Positions 56,257 through 64,000 of a stretch of DNA of 64,000 nucleotides are shown here, one piece after another (within the stretch, counting starts at the first letter, position 1; the number at the start of each line of letters is the position of its first letter). The position numbers were made by a program, and so were the translations under genes. The notes under the pieces were generated by a model, which searched no databases, was not told the origin of the DNA, and saw only the letters and a program-made list of their open reading frames with translations. Source of the stretch: Candidatus Lustribacter sp. (lineage in GTDB: Bacteria; Vulcanimicrobiota; Vulcanimicrobiia; Vulcanimicrobiales; Vulcanimicrobiaceae). The stretch spans positions 2,624,001-2,688,000 of the forward strand of contig OZ255842.1 in assembly GCA_965277805.1 (NCBI GenBank), read 5' to 3'.

Positions 56257-57210
56257 ATGATAGCACTGTCTGATCACCGGCACGATGCGCGACGTAGCCT
56301 GGCCGAAAAGGTCATCGCCCGACTTCCTGAATCCGTTTTCGGAAACACGGAATGGGTGACGATGACTGCGCGTACGGGTGCAGAGCATCTCCGTGCCGCC
56401 ATCGCATCCAATCGACCTCATCGCATCGCCAACGCCGTCCGGTCCATGGCGCACGCGCCGAGCCTTGACGCCGTTCAGACTCTCGCGGATACCATTTGCG
56501 ATACCGTCGCATCCGACGGCTACTCAGCCCGCAGCGCGGAAACGGTCGCCCAGGTGACCGACGCACGAGCGGTCATAGCCTCGGTGATGGTTGAATTGCG
56601 CGACAGCGCGCCGCAGACGTCACCCGACGCCGTGCTGCTGCGCCAGTGCGTGAATGGCTACGTCCAACTAGCGGCCATGAACGACCCAGCTCTGGCCCAG
56701 CGTCTCGAGGCCGTGGGAACCTTTTCCGAGCGCCTCGCGCGATCGATGAAAGTCCCAGCGGCAACGGTGTTCGACGCCTACGTCGCCGGCAGTCTTCACG
56801 ATATCGGCATGCTGGAAATTCCGCTCGCCGTCCGTCACAAGGCCGTCGGTCTCACAAAACGGGACGAAGAACGCTTCAAGCGCCACGCGCAGGCCGGCGA
56901 ATCGTTCCTGCTCGGAATCCCATCGTTGGCTCGTTTGGCCCCGCTCGTCCGCGCTCATCACGAACGCTACGACGGACTCGGATACCCCGACGGCTTGCGC
57001 GGCGACGAGATTCCACTTGCTTCACGGATTATCGCCGTCGCGGCGGCATTCGTCGACCTGGTGACATCAACGACGCGGTTCGAGGCATTGCTCCCACACG
57101 ACGCATGTCGCGAATTAATCGGGGCGGCCGGGGCCCAATTCGATCCGGATGTCGTCTACGCAACCCTCCAATTACTTCACTATCGACGCCGGACAAACCG
57201 ATCGGCCTAA
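56257..57210 (+). CDS. Degenerate HD-GYP domain protein with unknown helical N-domain
   Basis: LHDIG and HHERYDGLGYP present; first His and late Asp ligands replaced (AQRLEAV, VAAAFVDL). Confidence 0.82.
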   Translation: MIALSDHRHDARRSLAEKVIARLPESVFGNTEWVTMTARTGAEHLRAAIASNRPHRIANAVRSMAHAPSLDAVQTLADTICDTVASDGYSARSAETVAQVTDARAVIASVMVELRDSAPQTSPDAVLLRQCVNGYVQLAAMNDPALAQRLEAVGTFSERLARSMKVPAATVFDAYVAGSLHDIGMLEIPLAVRHKAVGLTKRDEERFKRHAQAGESFLLGIPSLARLAPLVRAHHERYDGLGYPDGLRGDEIPLASRIIAVAAAFVDLVTSTTRFEALLPHDACRELIGAAGAQFDPDVVYATLQLLHYRRRTNRSA

Positions 57211-57218
57211 CATCTCGT

Positions 57219-57899
57219 ATGCCACTTAACGAAACCCTGCGGATCCGCGAAGCCGGCATGCGTGCCGGCTCTGCGGTCATTCGTCAGGCACCCCAAATCC
57301 TCGCACAAGTCCAAGAATGGATCCCGAGCGAAGAACGCGAGCAAGTCGACGTCTTGATTCGCGTCATGGCCGGTTTCGATCGGGATACTGCCGAGCATCT
57401 CGAAGCAGTCGGGACGATGTCGATGCTGCTCGCACATCGTGTGGGGATGGAGCCTGAAACGATCGGGGCGTGCCTCTTAGGCGGACGCGTTCACGATATC
57501 GGGAAGTTGGCAATCTCCCGCAGTACCTTGCTCAAACCGGGCCGGCCGTCAGAAGCGGAATGGCTCGAGCTGAAGATGCATCCGACCTATGGCGGAAGCA
57601 CGCTGACCGGATTACCGCGTCTCAAGCATCTCGCGCCCATTGTGATCGCGCATCACGAACGCGTTGACGGCCAGGGCTACCCGTACGGCCTCACGCAGCC
57701 TGAAATCCCGATCGAGAGCCAGGTTATTGCGATCGCGGATGCGTTCTGCGCGATGACCGTCCCACGTCCGTACTGCTCGACGCGGCTGCCGAAAGAGGCG
57801 CTGCAAGAACTCGAGCGTTGCGCGGGCACGCAGTTCAACGCCGATTTGGTTATTGTTTTTGCCGACATGTTCCGCGATAACGGCCTTGTAGCCGTCTAG
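57219..57899 (+). CDS. Stand-alone HD-GYP phosphodiesterase-like protein
   Basis: DTAEH, VHDIGK, MHP, HHERVDGQGYP, IADAF, RPY. Confidence 0.85.
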   Translation: MPLNETLRIREAGMRAGSAVIRQAPQILAQVQEWIPSEEREQVDVLIRVMAGFDRDTAEHLEAVGTMSMLLAHRVGMEPETIGACLLGGRVHDIGKLAISRSTLLKPGRPSEAEWLELKMHPTYGGSTLTGLPRLKHLAPIVIAHHERVDGQGYPYGLTQPEIPIESQVIAIADAFCAMTVPRPYCSTRLPKEALQELERCAGTQFNADLVIVFADMFRDNGLVAV

Positions 57900-57916
57900 C
57901 GAAACGTTAGGGCATT

Positions 57917-57991
57917 AACGTCCGGTCGGGTGTGGGTCCGATCGCGCCGGACGTTCCAGGAGAACCCCGAGTGTTCATCACCCGGGGTTCT
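57917..57991. terminator. Two tandem hairpins between convergent genes
   Basis: aacgtccgg/ccggacgtt (57917-57955) and agaaccccg/cggggttct (57961-57991). Confidence 0.5.
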
Positions 57992-57996
57992 TCATG

Positions 57997-58932
57997 TCAT
58001 GCGCTCGTTGCGCGCACGCCGTATGCCTCCGACGCGAGGTAGCCGGCGAGTAGGTCGTCGACGCTGACGAGGACGTCCGGGACGGTGAGGATACGGCAAG
58101 CTTCATCGATGATCGCGATGCCGGCGGGTAAAATGTCGGCGCGTTGCGGGCGGATGAACGGGAGCGCCTTACGTTCGTCGAGATCGCGCGCGAGGAGTTC
58201 GTCAAGCAGATCGGCACGTTGCGCGGGGTTCATCGTGACGCCGTCGCGCAGCGGCGCCTTCGCGACCATCGCGGCGGCGGTGAAAGCCGAACCGCCGACG
58301 ACGATCAGTCGCGTCGGGCGCGGCGCCGACGCGAACGGCTCGAGGATCGCCGCTGCATCGGCGCGCGATGCGGCGAGTACCTCCGCGCGTTCTTCCGGTG
58401 AGAGCGCTCGCGAGCCGAGCAACAGCGGATGCCGTTCCGCCAATCGCACTGCGCCGACCTCGACCGAGCATGTATACGCGACGGATCCGCGCACTTGCGC
58501 CGTCGCCGGCACATCGATCGCGAGTTCGGTGCTGCCGCCGCCGACATCCAAAACCGCAACGGCTTCATCGCCGCCCCCCGCTTGCGTTGCGCCGAGAAAC
58601 GAATACGTTGCTTCTTCATCACCCGAAAGAATGTGCGGCTCGACGCCGGTCAGCGCCTTGACCGCTGCGGTGAAGTCGGCGCCGTCGGCGGCGCGGCGCA
58701 TCGCGCTAGTGGCGATGCACGCGATCGCTGCTTCGTGCTCGCGCACGCCGTTCATATAATCGGCTATTGCCGCGAGCGTTCGTTCGCGCGCGTCGGGATC
58801 GAGCCGCCCGGTATGCTGCAGTCCCGTTCCAAGTCGCGTTCCGCGCGACTCCACCGCCAGCGTCTCTGCCTCGTTGAGTACGAGCAGCCGGGTGGAGTTG
58901 GTGCCGATCGAAATCAGCGCTTTCGGACGAAT
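57997..58932 (-). CDS. ppx: Ppx/GppA-family phosphatase (single ASKHA module); start uncertain
   Basis: SIGTNSTRLL, ATSAMR, GDEEA, DVGGGSTE, RADILPAG. Confidence 0.85.
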   Translation of the reverse strand: MRPKALISIGTNSTRLLVLNEAETLAVESRGTRLGTGLQHTGRLDPDARERTLAAIADYMNGVREHEAAIACIATSAMRRAADGADFTAAVKALTGVEPHILSGDEEATYSFLGATQAGGGDEAVAVLDVGGGSTELAIDVPATAQVRGSVAYTCSVEVGAVRLAERHPLLLGSRALSPEERAEVLAASRADAAAILEPFASAPRPTRLIVVGGSAFTAAAMVAKAPLRDGVTMNPAQRADLLDELLARDLDERKALPFIRPQRADILPAGIAIIDEACRILTVPDVLVSVDDLLAGYLASEAYGVRATSA

Positions 58933-58933
58933 C

Positions 58934-59806
58934 CTAGTAGCGCTTTGCTTCGGTCGCCTCGCGGGTCTTGCCGATCGTTTCGAGCGAACGGTCGTGAGCG
59001 CGGAGTGCGATCCCAACATACAGAGTATCGATGATGGTCAACTGCGCGATGCGGCTCGAGCTCGCGCTGCTGCGAAACGCGGTCTGCTTGGCGGCCGTGT
59101 ACAGGCGGATATCCGAGACCTTGGTGATCGGCGAGGTCGAGCGGTGCGTGATGCAGATCGTCGTCGCGCCGTTCCCCTTCGCGCGTTCGAGCGCGTCGGT
59201 GACGTCGCGGCTCGCACCGGTGTGCGAGATGCCGAGCGCAACGTCGCCTTTGCCGAGCAGCGCTGATGACATCGCCATCATGTCGCCGTCGGAGAGTGCG
59301 ACCGCCACCATGCCGAGTTTGAGGAACTTGTGATACGCATCGATCGCGAGCGGGTCGCTGCCGCCGACGCCGTAGATGTCGACGCGACGCGCCGTCGCCA
59401 ACGCGGCGACCGCGCGTTCGAGATCGGAATCGTCGAGCACCTCGATCGTGTCGCGCAACGCTTGCGCGTTTGCTTGAAACACTTTGTTCTTGATCGTGGT
59501 CAGATCGTCGCCCGATTCGACTTCCGCATAGATGTCCGACGTCGGCTCGACCAAATCACGGGCGAGCACGATCTTAAATTCTTGATAACCTTTGTACCCG
59601 ATCTTCTGGCACAGCCGCACAACGGTCGATTCGCTCGTGTTGGTACGCTCCGCCAGCTCGGTTACCGTGAGGTAAATCAATTCGTCAGGGTGCTTTAGGA
59701 TGAAATCGGCTACCCTCTGCTCTGCGGCACGAAGGGTTGCGTAGGCACCTTCGATTCTAACAAAGCACCCGGGGACTTTAACGGCGTCAACGCGCGAGGT
59801 AGTCAT
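58934..59806 (-). CDS. RpiR/MurR-family transcriptional regulator
   Basis: SESTVVRLCQKIGYKGYQEFK HTH; SIS domain GVGGS, ISHTG. Confidence 0.93.
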   Translation of the reverse strand: MTTSRVDAVKVPGCFVRIEGAYATLRAAEQRVADFILKHPDELIYLTVTELAERTNTSESTVVRLCQKIGYKGYQEFKIVLARDLVEPTSDIYAEVESGDDLTTIKNKVFQANAQALRDTIEVLDDSDLERAVAALATARRVDIYGVGGSDPLAIDAYHKFLKLGMVAVALSDGDMMAMSSALLGKGDVALGISHTGASRDVTDALERAKGNGATTICITHRSTSPITKVSDIRLYTAAKQTAFRSSASSSRIAQLTIIDTLYVGIALRAHDRSLETIGKTREATEAKRY

Positions 59807-59823
59807 CCCGCCTCACGTTCGCT

Positions 59824-60210
59824 CTATGGCGCCGAGTCGCCTCGAAATTGCTTTGCCCGCGTGCGTTTCCGGAACAAATGGCGCTCGGCGGGGGGCGGCG
59901 CGTCGGCCGGCGCCCACGATTCCGTCTGCTTCAAATATGCCGCGATTTGAGCCTCAAAAGTCGGGTCCTCGACAACAGTCGTAGTCGATGTCGGGACAAT
60001 TGGCTCATCAACCCGCGTCGTCGCTAGCCGAACGGAGCGACCATCGAGGTCGAACGGCAACGTTGTCTTTGTACCGAGTGCGCGCGTGTAGCTTGCGCGA
60101 TTTTTGTTCACGTCCACGAGTGGTACGGAGACGAGCCGCCCGTCTTCCAGCCGCACCGCTGCGCCGAGGGCGTGGACGTTAATCACACTTCCGCGGACGC
60201 GCTCGCTCAC
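59824..60210 (-). CDS. Degenerate S1-domain protein (YabR/YugI-like)
   Basis: VRGSVINVHALGAAVRLEDG; FEAQIAAYLKQTE tail; follows divIC. Confidence 0.55.
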   Translation of the reverse strand: MSERVRGSVINVHALGAAVRLEDGRLVSVPLVDVNKNRASYTRALGTKTTLPFDLDGRSVRLATTRVDEPIVPTSTTTVVEDPTFEAQIAAYLKQTESWAPADAPPPAERHLFRKRTRAKQFRGDSAP

Positions 60211-60518
60211 GGCCCGCTGGTCCCCGCGTCGTGGCGCTTGAGGTAGATGATCTCTTCTTTTGGACCGACCATGTGCAGGCGGTCATGAATCTCCGGGATC
60301 GCACCGCGCGGATCGCTCAAGCGTTGGATTTGCCGCAGCTGCTGGTCGCGCTTTTGTTCGAGTGCCGTGACGTCGGCATTGACGCCGTGAATCTGCTGAA
60401 TGTAGGCGACATTGCGTTCGACGATCCGCACGTATTGCACGGCGATGAGCACCGCGAACGTTCCGCCGATAGCGGTGACGCCCAAACGGGCAAGCCACGC
60501 CAGCAGCGGGGACTTCAT
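60207..60518 (-). CDS. Septum formation initiator (FtsB/DivIC family)
   Basis: TM, coiled coil, LHMVGPKEEIIY. Confidence 0.75.
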   Translation of the reverse strand: MKSPLLAWLARLGVTAIGGTFAVLIAVQYVRIVERNVAYIQQIHGVNADVTALEQKRDQQLRQIQRLSDPRGAIPEIHDRLHMVGPKEEIIYLKRHDAGTSGP

Positions 60519-61462
60519 GCCGGGGAACCGATCCGTCGAAACTTATCATACCGGCGCGCACGCAGCTCGCCGGTGGGGACGGTAACCAGACGCGTCAGCG
60601 CGCCTTCGACAGAAGACAAGACATTGCTAATCGTACCATGCGGGTCCCGGTGCGCACCACCCAGGGGTTCCGGCACGATTTCATCGACGATCCCGAAGCC
60701 CAGCAGATCGTCGCTGGTGAGTCGCAGACGCGCCGCGGCTTCTTCCGCCTTGCTCGCATCGCCCCACAGAATTGCGGCACATCCCTCGGGCGAGGCCACC
60801 GAGTACACGGAGTGCTCGAGCATGATGACGTGATCGGCCAATGCCAGGGCCAACGCGCCGCCGCTGCCGCCCTCGCCGATCACCGTGGCCACGATCGGGA
60901 TCCGGACTTCGGCCAATGCCGCGATCGACTGCGCGATCGCTTCGGACTGCGCGCGCTCTTCCGAGGCAATGCCGGGATCGGCGCCCGATGTATCGACGAA
61001 CGTCACGACCGGGATGCCCAGGTGACCCGCGAGGCGCACCAGGCGCTGCACCTTGCGATAGCCTTCGGGGCGCGGCATGCCGAAATTCCGGTGGACCTTC
61101 TCCTTCGTGTCGACGCCCTTGTCTTGAGCGATCGCGATGATCCGCCGGCCGCGCAGCTTGGCGAAGCCCCCGACGATGGCCGGATCGTCGCCGAAGTGGC
61201 GGTCGCCGTGGAGTTCGTCGAATTGGTCGAGCCCCGCCAAGTACGCCGAGCCCAGCGGCCGTTTGGGATGGCGCGCCATGTTGACGCGCTGCCACGGCGT
61301 GAGGTGCCCGAAGATCTCGCGCTGGATTTGCGCGTACTTGTCTTCGAGTATTTTGATCTCGGCGCTGAGATCGACCGGTTGATCGGCGGCGTGCGCTTTG
61401 AGATCGGCGATGCGGCCCTCGAGCTCGAGCAGGCCGCGTTCGCGCTCGACGATCGCGTTCAC
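60515..61462 (-). CDS. accA: Acetyl-CoA carboxylase carboxyltransferase alpha
   Basis: ARHPKRP, ELHGDR, FGMPRPEGYRK, GEGGSGGALA. Confidence 0.96.
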   Translation of the reverse strand: MNAIVERERGLLELEGRIADLKAHAADQPVDLSAEIKILEDKYAQIQREIFGHLTPWQRVNMARHPKRPLGSAYLAGLDQFDELHGDRHFGDDPAIVGGFAKLRGRRIIAIAQDKGVDTKEKVHRNFGMPRPEGYRKVQRLVRLAGHLGIPVVTFVDTSGADPGIASEERAQSEAIAQSIAALAEVRIPIVATVIGEGGSGGALALALADHVIMLEHSVYSVASPEGCAAILWGDASKAEEAAARLRLTSDDLLGFGIVDEIVPEPLGGAHRDPHGTISNVLSSVEGALTRLVTVPTGELRARRYDKFRRIGSPA

Positions 61463-62349
61463 GAGTTCGCTCCCGCGGTCGGGCGGCCGTTGGTCGCCGG
61501 CGGCGCGACGGCGGGTTTCGCGCCGACGCCGTAATCGAGCAAGCGCGTCAGGAGCGCTTTAAGTTGGCCGCGCTCGCTAACCATATCGATCGCGCCGTGT
61601 TCGAGCAGAAACTCCGCCGTCTGAAAATTCTCGGGCAGCTTTTGACGAATCGTTTGCTCGATCACGCGGCGGCCCGCGAAACCGATCGCTGCGCGCGCTT
61701 CGGCGACGATAACGTCGGCCTGAAATGCAAACGACGCCGATACGCCGCCCGTCGTCGGATCCGTGAGCACGGTGATCGCATAGCCGCCCTCATCACGCAG
61801 GCGTTGCAGCGCGACGGTCGTCTTCGCCATCTGCATAAGCGCCAGCATGCCTTCTTCCATACGCGCACCGCCGGACGCCGTGCAGACGACGACCGGCAGC
61901 TTACGCTCGCGCGCCCCTTCGAACAAGCGCACGAGGCGCTCGCCGACGACCGTGCCCATCGTGCCGCCGCGGAAGTTGAAATCCATCACGCCCAGCGCAA
62001 CCGGAATCTCGCCGATCGAGCCGAAGCCGCACACGACGCCTTCGGAGAGTTTCGATTTTTCGCGATCGCGTTCGAGCTTCTGCGGATATGACGTTTTGTC
62101 GGTCCACTGCAGCGGATCTCCGGGCATGACGTCGCTGCCGATCTCAACAAAATCCGCATCGACGAGCATCGCGATGCGATCGAACGCGTGCATCCGGAAG
62201 TGATATTTGCACGTCGTACAAACGAAAAGATTCGCCGCCAAATCGGGGCGATAGAGCATCGTCGAGCATTTCGGACACTTCGTCCATTGCGCCGCATCTT
62301 CGAGCGCGTGTTGCGGTCCGCGCCGAATGCGCAACCATTCCGGGATCAA
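61459..62349 (-). CDS. accD: Acetyl-CoA carboxylase carboxyltransferase beta
   Basis: WTKCPKC...CTTC, SGGARMEEG, PTTGGVSASFA, GFAGRRVIEQT. Confidence 0.96.
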   Translation of the reverse strand: MIPEWLRIRRGPQHALEDAAQWTKCPKCSTMLYRPDLAANLFVCTTCKYHFRMHAFDRIAMLVDADFVEIGSDVMPGDPLQWTDKTSYPQKLERDREKSKLSEGVVCGFGSIGEIPVALGVMDFNFRGGTMGTVVGERLVRLFEGARERKLPVVVCTASGGARMEEGMLALMQMAKTTVALQRLRDEGGYAITVLTDPTTGGVSASFAFQADVIVAEARAAIGFAGRRVIEQTIRQKLPENFQTAEFLLEHGAIDMVSERGQLKALLTRLLDYGVGAKPAVAPPATNGRPTAGANS

Positions 62350-63092
62350 GGGCGACCAAAGAGCCGGCCGCGATAGATGCGGACGAGCTGACGCAAATAG
62401 TTTAGGATCTCGCTTTGATTGAGCTTCGACGTTCCGGCGATGCGATCGGTGAACACGTAAGGAACTTCGAGCGCGCGCCCGTAGTGCGCTTTGGCGATCA
62501 CTTCGAGTCCGATCTTGAAACCGATCGGATCGAGTTCGACGTTTTCGAGCGCGCGCCGGCTAACGAGAAAAAAGCCCGACGTGATGTCGCGCACCGGCGT
62601 CAACGGTTTCGCGAGCGCGATCGCAACGAGCGAGGTGACCTTGCGGTGCATCGGCCAGTTTTCGATCCCACCGCCGGGAACGTAACGCGAGCCGATCGCG
62701 AGACCGTACTCGCCGCCGGCCAACGCCGCGACCATCGCCGGAATGACGTTGACGTCGTGCGAGAAGTCGGCATCCATCGCGCCGACGGCGTCGGACTCGG
62801 GACGCGCGAACTTCCAACCGTCGATCACGCCCGACGATAAACCCATCTTGCCGGGCCGATGCAAACAGCGCACCGGATACGTCGCCGCCAAGCGGTCGAC
62901 GATGGCGCCGGTGCCGTCGGGCGAGTTGTCGTCGACCACGATGATCTCGCCGTCGAGATGATGCGCGGCGAACACCTCGTTCAGCGAGACGATCAGCCGT
63001 TCGATGCCGCCGGCTTCGTTGTACGTCGGGATGACAATCGAAAACTTGAGCGCGTTCGCGGTAGGAGTCGACGTCGAAGTCACGGTCGTCAT
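62346..63092 (-). CDS. Polyprenol monophosphomannose synthase (GT2)
   Basis: IPTYNE, VDDNSPDGT, MDADFSH, GSRYVPGG. Confidence 0.9.
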   Translation of the reverse strand: MTTVTSTSTPTANALKFSIVIPTYNEAGGIERLIVSLNEVFAAHHLDGEIIVVDDNSPDGTGAIVDRLAATYPVRCLHRPGKMGLSSGVIDGWKFARPESDAVGAMDADFSHDVNVIPAMVAALAGGEYGLAIGSRYVPGGGIENWPMHRKVTSLVAIALAKPLTPVRDITSGFFLVSRRALENVELDPIGFKIGLEVIAKAHYGRALEVPYVFTDRIAGTSKLNQSEILNYLRQLVRIYRGRLFGRP

Positions 63093-63367
63093 GCCAGCTT
63101 GCGAACCGTCGGAAAGCGCTCTTCGCTGAAAGCCGGCAGCCCCTCGTAGTCGCGCGGGTTCTCTTGAATCAACGTCACCCCGCGCTCGTCGACGCTGCCG
63201 ATATCGATCGCCGGCACCGCAACGTTGCCGCGACCAACCCAATCGACGACCACCCACTCGACCGCGCGCGAATTGCCCTCGGCATATAAACCGCGCACCT
63301 CACCGACGCGAATTTCGCCGCAAAATACCGGGGTTCCAAGATCGAGCGTCTCCAGGGTACGTGCCAT
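63089..63367 (-). CDS. Small PRC-barrel-like hypothetical protein
   Basis: GTPVFCGEIRVGEVRGL...VVVD...VAVPA; GAAGGA RBS; ATGA coupling. Confidence 0.6.
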   Translation of the reverse strand: MARTLETLDLGTPVFCGEIRVGEVRGLYAEGNSRAVEWVVVDWVGRGNVAVPAIDIGSVDERGVTLIQENPRDYEGLPAFSEERFPTVRKLA

Positions 63368-63423
63368 CAGCACGCGTCCTTCGACAAACATCGTATCGCA
63401 ACCCCCGCGGCAAGCAACCGCGG

Positions 63424-64000
63424 TCAGCGAATGCGGCGGTAGAAATCCAGGGTCTGCGGCACGGCGTCGTACGCCTTTTGGTGCGGGGTGAAGCGCAGCG
63501 ATTCTTTCGCACCCAGCGCGAGAAATCCGAGCCGGACCAGGCTCTCATAGACCACCTGATGCGCGTGATACACGAGCACCCGGTTGAACTTCGCAAGCAC
63601 GTGGCGCACGACGACCAAGTGAAACTCGTTGAACGATCCATCGGTGGCCAGGTTGTGCTGCGCGAACACGATGTGCGAGCGCAGGCTCTCGGCGTAGCGC
63701 AGCTGCTGGCCGTCGGGCTCGAGGAAGTTCTCGATGCGGCTCTTGCCGCCCGAGCGCGCGTACCGCAGCTGAATCTCTTCGAGGTCGGCCCGGGGGAGGA
63801 TCCCGGCGCGCGCGCGATCGATGGCCAATTCGGATGCATCGGTCGCGTAGATGCGGATGCGGTCGAGAAAGCCGGCTTCACCGCAGAGCGCGGCGAGCGC
63901 ATAGGCATCATCGCCGGCACCGCAGCCGGCAACCCACACGCGCACGTGAGGAAACGTCCGCAGCCGCGGAAGTACCTGGCTGAGGAACTCGTTGAAGAAC
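63424..64000 (-). CDS. cheR: CheR-family methyltransferase, partial (5' end outside window)
   Basis: VWVAGC, IYATD, VFAQHNL, LALGAKESL. Confidence 0.85.
   Translation of the reverse strand, partial: FFNEFLSQVLPRLRTFPHVRVWVAGCGAGDDAYALAALCGEAGFLDRIRIYATDASELAIDRARAGILPRADLEEIQLRYARSGGKSRIENFLEPDGQQLRYAESLRSHIVFAQHNLATDGSFNEFHLVVVRHVLAKFNRVLVYHAHQVVYESLVRLGFLALGAKESLRFTPHQKAYDAVPQTLDFYRRIR

Noticed and set aside
53081-57899. bldA-like TTA control of neighbouring genes by tRNA-Leu(UAA)
   Set aside because: The neighbours do carry several TTA codons, but TTA also occurs in ordinary genes across the window (TBDT, ABC permease and ATPase, aminotransferase, DGC); enrichment not shown
53409-57990. 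tRNA-anchored genomic island or prophage
   Set aside because: No integrase, no duplicated tRNA 3' end, and the block lies on the tRNA's 5' side

Overview
High-GC chromosomal window from a diderm bacterium (TonB-dependent receptors, RseB-like protein). Gene style and the divIC/S1/ppx and ymdB synteny suggest a Terrabacteria lineage such as Vulcanimicrobiota/Eremiobacterota; this is inference only. 1-13.4 kb: aromatic catabolism and uptake (atypical M24 pair, SBPs, a TonB receptor with a PstS-like N-terminal segment, Rieske oxygenase, dihydrodiol dehydrogenase, extradiol dioxygenase). 13.4-28 kb: REC-HD-GYP, MFS, methionine salvage mtnBDC, ABC parts, atzG/E/F-like amidases, HAD, hydratase, SUI1. 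28-35 kb: cfa-like, metK, ahcY, ymdB-like operon. 35-43 kb: Fur/Zur metal-uptake operon, a TonB receptor plus CusF-like gene behind a Met-rich membrane ORF ending in an RAPP arrest-like motif, and ECF sigma/ZAS/RseB. 43-53 kb: DGC, TlpA/MauE, HDAC, TPR, etfAB, an outer-membrane protein. 53-58 kb: tRNA-Leu(UAA) split by a 244-nt group I intron, then a MalT/LuxR-type regulator, an unannotated 32-aa peptide ORF and two HD-GYP genes. 58-64 kb: ppx, rpiR, divIC, accDA, GT2, cheR. Best leads: the regulator-peptide-HD-GYP module, the RAPP metal-sensing leader, the tRNA intron, the PstS-TBDT fusion, genes needing non-canonical starts, and a GTCATCC REP-like repeat family. No database searches were run.
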